Shown one piece after another: positions 8,699 through 17,045 of a stretch of 64,000 bases of DNA (position 1 is its first letter; each line of letters opens with the position of its first letter). This DNA is from Candidatus Heimdallarchaeota archaeon. GTDB lineage: Archaea > Asgardarchaeota > Heimdallarchaeia > Heimdallarchaeales > Heimdallarchaeaceae. Both the position numbers and the translations under genes were made by a program. Location of the stretch: assembly GCA_016840095.1 (NCBI GenBank), contig JAEOSZ010000066.1, positions 1 to 64,000 on the forward strand, given 5' to 3'. A model generated the notes under the pieces. That model did not search any database. It saw only the letters and a program-made list of their open reading frames with translations, and was not told the DNA's origin.

Positions 8699-9745
8699 AT
8701 GTTCAAAATGGCCACTAACACAGAAATTTCTGCTAGTAAAGAATTCATTCAAAATGATAAGAACGGTATTCCTTTATTAGTTGCGGAGGATATAATCAAA
8801 ATCTATCAAACAGGAAAGATTGAAACTCAAGCACTAAGAGGTGTATCATTCAAAGTTCATGCTAAAGAAAAACTATTTCTTATTGGAGCAAGTGGAAGTG
8901 GTAAAACAACATTAGTTAATATAGTGGCAGGAATTACTAAACCAACCTCTGGTAAGGTATTTTGGAAAGATCTATCTAAAGATATCACAAGATCAAGTTT
9001 AGAGGAAATTATCAAAGCCAGAAGAACCTTTGCTGGTGTAGTGTTCCAAGATAGCAGACTGTTACCTCATTTAACTGTAAAGGAAAATATTGAATTAGCA
9101 GGTTTTTATGCAAAAGTACCTCCTAAGATTGTAAAAAGGAGATCTGAATTCTTATTGCGTTTCCTTGAGATTTGGGATAAAAGAAATAAGAAAGAAAACA
9201 CATTATCTGGTGGAGAAAAGAAAAGAGCCGCCATTGCAACTACTCTAATAACGAATCCTAGAATCTTAATTGGAGATGAACCCACAGGAGATTTGGATGT
9301 TGTAACTGCAGAAAGCATTCTCGATCTGTTTGATCGAATAAATGAAGAATTAGGGATTGCTCTCTGCATTGTAACTCACTCCCAACAAGTAGCTACAAGA
9401 GCTGATAGAATTTTAGAGATAAGTGATGGAATAATTATTGGTCGTCATGGAAAAGAAGTTGTTCTAAGGAATTTAGATCAAAGTCGATTACTTGAAATTG
9501 ATAGACAAGATAGATTAGCTATTCCTAAGGAAATACTTCAAAGCATAGATAATCCTACTCATTTCACAGCTTCTTCAAAGGATGGAAAAATAATTCTAAG
9601 TCCTATCTTCGACCCAAATATTTACAATAATAATGTCCAAGAGATAATTACGTGTTCAGTGTGTGGGAAGCTTGTCAAGAATAATGCACGATTCTGTGAT
9701 AACTGTGGTTCCACCATCACCAACAAAAGGGAAAGAAATGAGTAA
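8699..9745 (+). CDS. ABC transporter ATP-binding protein (LolD/MacB-type) with C-terminal AbrB-like and zinc-ribbon domains
   Basis: GASGSGKT, LSGGE, GDEPTGDLD, VTH; tail IDRQDRLAIPKE and CSVC-x10-CDNCG. Confidence 0.9.
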   Translation: MFKMATNTEISASKEFIQNDKNGIPLLVAEDIIKIYQTGKIETQALRGVSFKVHAKEKLFLIGASGSGKTTLVNIVAGITKPTSGKVFWKDLSKDITRSSLEEIIKARRTFAGVVFQDSRLLPHLTVKENIELAGFYAKVPPKIVKRRSEFLLRFLEIWDKRNKKENTLSGGEKKRAAIATTLITNPRILIGDEPTGDLDVVTAESILDLFDRINEELGIALCIVTHSQQVATRADRILEISDGIIIGRHGKEVVLRNLDQSRLLEIDRQDRLAIPKEILQSIDNPTHFTASSKDGKIILSPIFDPNIYNNNVQEIITCSVCGKLVKNNARFCDNCGSTITNKRERNE

Positions 9746-10199
9746 GAAGGAAAAGACTTGGAAAGTAAAGGAAGTAGAAGAAATTCCAATACACAAAAGT
9801 GAAGAAGGTAAATCTACTGAAACTATTAAGATATACTGGCCAAAAATTACTTTACTAGGCTTTCTTTCTTCAGTTGTTTTTTCAGTTATTAATGCAATTC
9901 TTTTACTGATTTTCTATTTTGGTATGGGTGCCGACATACTTGTAATTTTATACTACATGCAATACGCGTTTTTTGGTGAAGCGGGGATAGTTATTTTTAT
10001 TGGAGCTTGCTTGGGTAGTTTTGGTCAATCAACACTAGTTTCAAACCTCAAAGAAAGATTTATTGGATCAGATCCAATCTCGAAAGATAGCATTAGAGAA
10101 GCAACTTTCAGTGCATTTTCTTATTACTTTGGAGGAGGTTTCCTGATATTATATGGTATGATTTTATGGCAAATTCTTAGATTGGTTTATCTAATATAA
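9738..10199 (+). CDS. Membrane protein (about 3 TM)
   Basis: ATG 9738 overlaps ATPase stop (translational coupling); hydrophobic segments. Confidence 0.7.
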   Translation: MSKKEKTWKVKEVEEIPIHKSEEGKSTETIKIYWPKITLLGFLSSVVFSVINAILLLIFYFGMGADILVILYYMQYAFFGEAGIVIFIGACLGSFGQSTLVSNLKERFIGSDPISKDSIREATFSAFSYYFGGGFLILYGMILWQILRLVYLI

Positions 10200-10414
10200 T
10201 AATCAAGAAACTACTGAACCAGTTTAATAATTAAAACCAGAAATGCATCTCAAAAAAATAAACCATTTCAATTATTGGAATGAAAATCAATCATTTAAAA
10301 ATCAATTATTAAAATGAAAACCCAAAACACTTATTAACGAGTTAATCAACGATTTTCTTGCTTCCACTAGCATGTAAATGTATAAAGTGGAATTTTGAAA
10401 AGGTGAATAAAAAA

Positions 10415-12208
10415 ATGAATAAAAAAGCATTTTTGGGTTTAAGCCTAGTCCTATTATTTGGTTTATCCATGGCACTAGGTCAGACACAAGCTCAGGAAAC
10501 TGAGGTGCAAGAAGTAGTTTCAATTAATCTGTTATCACCCAATACAAGCGCAGCAAGAAATCAATGGTCATTATTGATGGAAAATCAATTACCAAAAATT
10601 GGTATTGGTATTGACTTCCATGAATCCACTGGATGGGGTAATATTGCCCCCCGAACATGGTCATATCCATTAATTGACTTTGATTACGTGCCAACTTACG
10701 CCGAAGGTGGTTATGATATCCTCTTCGTTGGTTGGTCATGGGGCATTGATTGGGACCCAACAGGTTTATTCGAATCGTCAGCTTTAGTACCATATGGAGA
10801 TAACTTCTATCAATATGTTAATCCAGCTTATGATGCTAAACTAACACAGTACTTAACAGAGTTAGACCAAGCTACTCAAATTGGTTATGCAAAAGAAATG
10901 CAAGCTATGTTGTACAACGACTTACCAGCTATAGTACTCATTTATCCAAAATCACTCTTTGGTTTCAAAGAAGGATTAACAGATATTGATGGTCTTCTAT
11001 TAGGTGCAGGTGTTGCAAGATATGAATTCTGGGATGATCCAGATGATCACATCATTAAATACGCAGTACCAGCAGATCTAAAAGAATGGAATGTCTTTGT
11101 TCAAGAATCATTCTATGATGCTCAATGGATGCAAGGTGTATACGGAGCTCTATATCAGAGAGAACAAATTACAAACGTCTATGAGCCACAATTAGCTGCA
11201 GACTTCCCAGTGTACAGTTCTGATGGTAAGAATTTAACAGTAGATATCGCTGCAGGAGCTACATTCAGTAATGGAGATCCAGTACTTGCAGAAGATTTCG
11301 CATATACAATTCAACTCCACATGACTCCCGCTGTTGGTTCATCAAGCTATAGTTACTTCAACACATGGTTTGAAACAAACTCTTCTGTATACGCAGTTGA
11401 TGCTGACACAGTCCAATTCAACATGACTGACGTCAATGCATTCTCCTTAGGAACTATTTCCTTCGGTATTATTGACAAGAGTACAGTTGAACCATTGATC
11501 TCCACACATGGATATTCAATCTTCAATGAAGTACCATTAACAGGAAATGTTGGTGACGGTCTTGTTATGTCATCTGGTCCATTCATGGTTGATACCTTTG
11601 ATTCAGTTAACAGTATTGTAAAGCTCGTACCAAATCCAGAATACGCTAATCTGGCCGCATATGATGCTCCTCTGTTAGATGAATGGTATATAACTTTCAT
11701 TTCTGGTAAAGATACAGCAGTCGCTGAATTAGTTGCTGGAAATGTGGACATTGTTGATGCACAATACTACCCTGTAGTTGCAGACTTCACACCAGCTGGT
11801 GTTGAAGGTGTTCTCGTTAGTGATCCATCTCACCAAGAAATGGCTATTAACTTGAAGCATCCTGTATTAGGAACTGGTGAATTGACTCCTGAAGGAACTG
11901 CAGCCGCAGCTTTAGCAGTCAGAAAAGCTATCAGCCATGCTGTACCACGTGATGTTATTGTAGATCAAATTCTAGAAGGCCTTGGTGCTCCTGGTGTTAC
12001 ATCCTGTCCAATTGTGTCAGTATCATTTGATGAAACATTAGAACCATTCGCATACGATCTTGATCTCGCAATCGAATACATGGAAGACGCAGGTTATGAT
12101 GTGCTAGTAACAATTCCACCAACAACCACAACTGGTATTGCTGGATTAGTATTCCTGTCCTTCTTAGGATTGGCATCAATATTAGCATTCAAAAGATACA
12201 GAAAATAA
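10415..12208 (+). CDS. ABC peptide/nickel-type substrate-binding protein (family 5), circularly permuted, C-terminal TM anchor
   Basis: AGGTGA RBS; signal peptide; motifs FSNGDPVLAEDF, GPFMV, VRKAISHAV, YDLDLA..MEDAG; Thr linker, TM and basic tail. Confidence 0.85.
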   Translation: MNKKAFLGLSLVLLFGLSMALGQTQAQETEVQEVVSINLLSPNTSAARNQWSLLMENQLPKIGIGIDFHESTGWGNIAPRTWSYPLIDFDYVPTYAEGGYDILFVGWSWGIDWDPTGLFESSALVPYGDNFYQYVNPAYDAKLTQYLTELDQATQIGYAKEMQAMLYNDLPAIVLIYPKSLFGFKEGLTDIDGLLLGAGVARYEFWDDPDDHIIKYAVPADLKEWNVFVQESFYDAQWMQGVYGALYQREQITNVYEPQLAADFPVYSSDGKNLTVDIAAGATFSNGDPVLAEDFAYTIQLHMTPAVGSSSYSYFNTWFETNSSVYAVDADTVQFNMTDVNAFSLGTISFGIIDKSTVEPLISTHGYSIFNEVPLTGNVGDGLVMSSGPFMVDTFDSVNSIVKLVPNPEYANLAAYDAPLLDEWYITFISGKDTAVAELVAGNVDIVDAQYYPVVADFTPAGVEGVLVSDPSHQEMAINLKHPVLGTGELTPEGTAAAALAVRKAISHAVPRDVIVDQILEGLGAPGVTSCPIVSVSFDETLEPFAYDLDLAIEYMEDAGYDVLVTIPPTTTTGIAGLVFLSFLGLASILAFKRYRK

Positions 12209-12214
12209 GTTCTA

Positions 12215-12243
12215 AACTTCTTTCTTTTTCTTTTTTTTACTTT
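12215..12243 (+). terminator. Oligo-T archaeal terminator
   Basis: CTTCTTTCTTTTTCTTTTTTTT directly after the SBP stop codon. Confidence 0.55.
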
Positions 12244-12276
12244 AACTTGAAAAGAGAGGTGACTCCATTAGATGAT

Positions 12277-15200
12277 TCAACTGAAAATCCGTAATGTGGT
12301 TTTGCAGTAAGGGCATCTTTCGTTTTCCATTACCCATTCAACAAGATGTTTCAGATGAAAGAGATGCTCACATAATGGACATTCAATTGCATTTTCATAG
12401 ACAGGTTGAAAACAAATCATACATTGTTGTTCTTTGGTTTCAGTTAATTGTTTCCCCTTAATTGCCACTTTCTTTAAGGTTTTAGCAATTTTAGACAGAT
12501 TTTCTGCAATTATTACTGTTTCTTCAGTAACAGTTACCTTTTCCTTTTTCGCTGGCGTTATCTCACTAACGGTTGCATTTTTTGTTAAATATTGAATATA
12601 ATCTCCAAGAATGGCTTTATTAATGAGGGGGTCACCAACAATAATCAGCTTTTTCTTCGCTCTAGTTATAGCTACATTCAATCTTCTTGCATCAGTAAAA
12701 CCTCTTTTGCTCTTCATTGTAGTTTCAGTTAAAGAAAGAATGATAAGTTCTCTATCACTCCCTTGGAATCTATCAACAGTATCAACTGTAATGGTAGGGG
12801 GTAGATTTCTTCTAATCTCTGCAACTTGTCCCCTATAAGGGCAGATAATGCCGATCTGATTAGAAGTAAGTCCTAATTTAAGTAAATTAGTGATTATATC
12901 ACTTACAACCTTAGCTTCTTCAATGTTGAACTTCTTCTCATGTTCAAAAATTCCATGGACAGGAACGAAAATTAGTGGGTGTTTTGGATCATAAATTTCA
13001 GGACAACCAAACTGAGTATAATCGGTTTTATAATTTGGCAATTCCAAAAGATTCTGAAATTTCACCAAATTGTCAAAGGATTCTAGTTTATTATCATAGA
13101 ATTTATTGTTAGAGAATTCAACGAGTTTTTCATTCATTCTAAATTGATGTGTAAGTAAATGAATGGAATTGGGATTACTCTCAGCTAAACGTTCAAAGAG
13201 AGATACACTCATATTTTCCTTTTGTGCTTTAACACTTTGAACAACAGGAGGAAGCTGTTTGTGGTCACCAACTAGAATAAATCTATTCCCCTCAATTAAG
13301 GAAGAAAGAACAGTTGGTTCAGTCATTTGACTTGCTTCATCTATTATAATTGTTTGAGTTCCCAGTTTCTCAAATACGGGACTAGAAATAGTAGTTGTTG
13401 TTGCTACTATAATCGGATATTCTGCTATAATTTCTCCAACGGATTTCTCAGAATCTTGTTTCTTATAAGCATCAATAGTATAATCTCTGATTTCTTTTTG
13501 AATCGAATGAGAAGATCCAAGTCTGACAAAACTCTGAAAACCATTTTCTAGTAAGTACTTGCAAACATTATCAACAGCTCTATTTGTAAAAGCAGTAATG
13601 AGTACCTTTTCTCCTTGTTTTGCTAATTCTATTGCAGACTTTGCAATAACGTAAGTCTTTCCAGTTCCTGCAGGACCTTGTATAAGAGAATAGTTTTTAG
13701 TTCCTAGAATTTTCTCAACAGCTTCATTTTGTATCGGATTACTTGGTATAAACTTTCCTTTCACTGGTTCAGATTCTGAATCCTCTTCTTGAATGACCAA
13801 TTCTCGGAAGGCATTGCGTTTGAAAAGAAGATTGAACAGACCTCGCTGTTGTCTTCTAAAACCAACATCGATAGAATACATATCTATGTTTGATACTTCT
13901 TCTTGAATTGATCTGGTTTCGATTTCAACTGATGTATTTGAAATACTAGAAACTATACCAGTACTTACAAAACCTTGTTTGATATCTCCTTTGCTTAAAA
14001 CAACAATATCCCCCTCTCGAAGCTCACTATTATTTTTACATGAATACAACAATTTAGTAGTATTACCTTCTTTTATCTCATTTTCTAAAGATAAATCTGT
14101 GATGGCTTTCCCTTTTGCAACTCTTTGTTCTACAGATAGTTTCCACAAATCAGAAAGGTTTCTAGCTGATTCACTCTTATCGAATCTTATTAATTTTGAA
14201 AACTTATTGAAATAGTCTATGTGTGTATCAGGAAGCGCATTTTTTGTACATAATTGATCATGAGGACAAGTAGAACACCTACGTTCTTGGTTCAATCCTG
14301 CGCAAACTAAAGCGCAATAATGTTTTACAAAGCAATTTCTACACCTATTTTGTTGTGATTCAGAAAGAATAGGGGGAACGTATCCTATGTGTGTTATTCT
14401 ATGAGCAATATTCCGATGAATCATACCATATCGTAAAAGCCCCCAGTTGGGACTGGCTTCTTTTTGAACAAGAGTATTTGTTCCCACATAGAGAACGCTT
14501 CCAGTATCAAGTTGTGAATTATCTATTTGTGATTGAAGTCCATATCTGTAAAGTGTAACTTGTAAAAGGTCTGAGAAACGAATATCCTTTTCTTCTGAGA
14601 CCTTCCCAGTTTTTAACTCATAGATATTATCATCAGTGTAAAGATCGATTCGTCCTCTTATTCCAAAGAACGGTGAAAGAAACAGGATTTCAGGTAAGGA
14701 TTTTGGAGGGAGATGTTCAACAAAAGAATCTAGACTTTCTGCCATTTTTCTGACATCTTGAAAAACTGTTTCCTTTCTATAATTATAATATTCATACTGA
14801 AGAGAATAGGAATCAAGAACCTTAGACAATTCTTCAGATGGTTTGGAATTATTGGAAACTGCCAAGCTTAAAGCATCATGAACAATTGAACCTCTTATGG
14901 CTATGTAAGGAGAAGGAGTATCACCTACGATTTCATTAATATAATAACTTCTAGGACAAAAAGAAACACTGTTTGCAGCTGTTGCATTCATCAGAATATC
15001 AGGGTCTACAACTATGATAGTTTTAGAATCAGCAGAGTAGTAGTGGGATTCTTCATTAGCAACTTTATTCACATTGAAAATTTTCAATGTCGTATAAGGA
15101 GGAAGGTAATCAGCTATTTCATTCCAAGGTGACCACAGATTAAGTATGAATTGTTCTGTGTCTACATCTATAAGTACAGTGGTTAAGGGATTATCTCCAT

Positions 15201-15282
15201 CTTTTTGAGAAAGCGTTTTCAAGAATGCACAGTCTAGATTAAGCATTGTTAATTTTAAATCCAGAAAATGATAAATAAACAT
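12277..15282 (-). CDS. Dna2-like nuclease/helicase (OB fold, Cas4-type Fe-S nuclease, SF1B helicase) with C-terminal RING finger
   Basis: FCPRSYY, RGSIVH, GIRGRID..YELKTG, QVTLY, CRNCFVKHYC; GPAGTGKT, TNRAVD, IDEASQ, GDHKQLPP, QFRM, TVDRFQG, RRLNVAITRAK; C-terminal CMIC..CPLCEHLFHLKH..W..CPYC. Confidence 0.9.
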   Translation of the reverse strand: MFIYHFLDLKLTMLNLDCAFLKTLSQKDGDNPLTTVLIDVDTEQFILNLWSPWNEIADYLPPYTTLKIFNVNKVANEESHYYSADSKTIIVVDPDILMNATAANSVSFCPRSYYINEIVGDTPSPYIAIRGSIVHDALSLAVSNNSKPSEELSKVLDSYSLQYEYYNYRKETVFQDVRKMAESLDSFVEHLPPKSLPEILFLSPFFGIRGRIDLYTDDNIYELKTGKVSEEKDIRFSDLLQVTLYRYGLQSQIDNSQLDTGSVLYVGTNTLVQKEASPNWGLLRYGMIHRNIAHRITHIGYVPPILSESQQNRCRNCFVKHYCALVCAGLNQERRCSTCPHDQLCTKNALPDTHIDYFNKFSKLIRFDKSESARNLSDLWKLSVEQRVAKGKAITDLSLENEIKEGNTTKLLYSCKNNSELREGDIVVLSKGDIKQGFVSTGIVSSISNTSVEIETRSIQEEVSNIDMYSIDVGFRRQQRGLFNLLFKRNAFRELVIQEEDSESEPVKGKFIPSNPIQNEAVEKILGTKNYSLIQGPAGTGKTYVIAKSAIELAKQGEKVLITAFTNRAVDNVCKYLLENGFQSFVRLGSSHSIQKEIRDYTIDAYKKQDSEKSVGEIIAEYPIIVATTTTISSPVFEKLGTQTIIIDEASQMTEPTVLSSLIEGNRFILVGDHKQLPPVVQSVKAQKENMSVSLFERLAESNPNSIHLLTHQFRMNEKLVEFSNNKFYDNKLESFDNLVKFQNLLELPNYKTDYTQFGCPEIYDPKHPLIFVPVHGIFEHEKKFNIEEAKVVSDIITNLLKLGLTSNQIGIICPYRGQVAEIRRNLPPTITVDTVDRFQGSDRELIILSLTETTMKSKRGFTDARRLNVAITRAKKKLIIVGDPLINKAILGDYIQYLTKNATVSEITPAKKEKVTVTEETVIIAENLSKIAKTLKKVAIKGKQLTETKEQQCMICFQPVYENAIECPLCEHLFHLKHLVEWVMENERCPYCKTTLRIFS

Positions 15283-15360
15283 GTGGGTAAAAATTGCAAA
15301 TCAGACAAATATCTAAAGAAAATAGCACAAATTAGAAAAAAAAATAGAAGAATTATTGAT

Positions 15361-15534
15361 TTACTCGTAATCAATACATTCGTTTGGACATTCATCGATG
15401 CATAGTCCACAGTCAGTACATTCTTCTTTTCTTGCGACAACTGCTACATCTGCTAAATCATAAACGTTTTCAGGACAAATGTCCACGCAAGCTCCACAAG
15501 CTATACAACAATCAGCATCTACTTTTGTTGGCAT
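15361..15534 (-). CDS. 2x[4Fe-4S] ferredoxin
   Basis: CIACGACVDICP and CTDCGLCIDECP; AGGTGA RBS before ATG 15534. Confidence 0.92.
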   Translation of the reverse strand: MPTKVDADCCIACGACVDICPENVYDLADVAVVARKEECTDCGLCIDECPNECIDYE

Positions 15535-15603
15535 TTTTTTATTCACCTAGGTGTTTGAAAACCCTTTTTTACTGCTCTTTTTAAACTCTTCTCTCAAGTC
15601 ATG

Positions 15604-16206
15604 TTAATCATTCATCATATCCACATCTAATTGATCTATTATCCTATCACAAATTGGACATTTCTTACTTTTCTCCAACCATCCTAAAATCTCATTCTTA
15701 TGTACAGTATGTCCACAAGGAACTATTGTAAAAACTTCATCTGCGTCAATTATCCTTTTGTTACATATATGGCACATGGGAGTTTTCTTTCCACAACTCA
15801 TACACATTATTGGACCTTCATCATCTGGTTTTTCTACTTCAGCTTCACAAAATGGACAGAAGACTCTTCGATTCTTGACCAAATTCTGATATTTGACTGC
15901 TCTTTTATACTCTAGTAAGATCATAGGATAAATGAAGATCAACAATAGTGCTGCTCCAGGTAGAGTTGTAATTAACCAAAAGAACGCATCATATGAGTTA
16001 CTACTGAAATAACCTATTAATCCTATTAAACTTAAAATCCCTGCTATGAAAGGTAAGCTATTAAGTAATTTCTTTGTTGGTTTTGTTTTTGTTCTCAAGT
16101 ACATGCTTCCCTTTCGACAACCTTTCGAACAGTAATGTTGTCCTTTCATTTTCAGAAGCTGTTCATCATTGATTAAACTCCCACAAACCTTACATCTTAT
16201 CCCCAT
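15604..16206 (-). CDS. Membrane protein with zinc fingers and C-terminal RING-H2-like domain
   Basis: N-terminal CKVC..YCSKGC, 2 TM, CPFC..CMSC, then CHIC..PCGHTVHKNEILGW..CPIC. Confidence 0.8.
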   Translation of the reverse strand: MGIRCKVCGSLINDEQLLKMKGQHYCSKGCRKGSMYLRTKTKPTKKLLNSLPFIAGILSLIGLIGYFSSNSYDAFFWLITTLPGAALLLIFIYPMILLEYKRAVKYQNLVKNRRVFCPFCEAEVEKPDDEGPIMCMSCGKKTPMCHICNKRIIDADEVFTIVPCGHTVHKNEILGWLEKSKKCPICDRIIDQLDVDMMND

Positions 16207-16319
16207 CTAACTCCACATTTCATATGATTTTTAGCTATTTATATATTTCACAATAATTTAAGATGAAGGGATAGAAAGTGTGGTCTTAGAATTTTTGTTT
16301 TTTCTCAGAATTAATATAC

Positions 16320-17027
16320 ATGTTTAAGATTTCGTTCATCGATATGAACTCAAGATCTACACTTTCCATTTTTCTAGCTCTTCTTGTTTTGATTTCAATG
16401 AACAACATACCTATTCAAACTAGTCATGCAGAAACATCACCCATCATTTATTCTCGAATCAGTGCGATTTCTTGGCCTTTTACATTATTTGACTCGACTA
16501 ATCCTTCTCTTGTTAATTATTCTACATTTCAAACTGAATTTACTTTTCAACTCATAAATCCGACTAATACTAGTATTACTATTGCCAATAATTGTACGAT
16601 TCTATTTGCTCTCAATGCTTCTGCTGAACTACTTGATGGTGAAATTGCTACAATTACTGATACTAACAGCTGTCCCTATGCGATTACTTATGATTTACTT
16701 CCTGGTGTAAACGAATACACTTATAGAAAAAACATTCACTTCCAAGAAGCTAATCTTACAAGTTTTCCTCTGGGAAATTATACTCTTGCTTATGCTCTCC
16801 TCGGTGAAGGAGATTTCGAGTTCTATGCATATAAATTATATCTTAAAATAACAGAAGACCTTGTAGAGATTTCTCAAGAAGATGGAAGTTTCGAAATAAC
16901 AATAGTTAATGATAAGGAAATAGATGATTTACCTAATTTAACGGAGACTCCTATTGCTTTTATTACTATTTTATTAGGATTGATACTTGCTCCTTTAGTT
17001 GTTAAATACAGAAAAAAGAAGAAATAG
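16320..17027 (+). CDS. Secreted/cell-surface protein with C-terminal TM anchor
   Basis: Signal peptide, several NxS/T sequons, C-terminal hydrophobic helix followed by KYRKKKK. Confidence 0.7.
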   Translation: MFKISFIDMNSRSTLSIFLALLVLISMNNIPIQTSHAETSPIIYSRISAISWPFTLFDSTNPSLVNYSTFQTEFTFQLINPTNTSITIANNCTILFALNASAELLDGEIATITDTNSCPYAITYDLLPGVNEYTYRKNIHFQEANLTSFPLGNYTLAYALLGEGDFEFYAYKLYLKITEDLVEISQEDGSFEITIVNDKEIDDLPNLTETPIAFITILLGLILAPLVVKYRKKKK

Positions 17028-17045
17028 ATAGCAATCTATTTCAGA

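Noticed and set aside
14250-15000. Cas4-like motifs as a CRISPR-Cas or defence locus
   Set aside because: The domain is part of a Dna2-type nuclease-helicase; no array or cas1/cas2 nearby.
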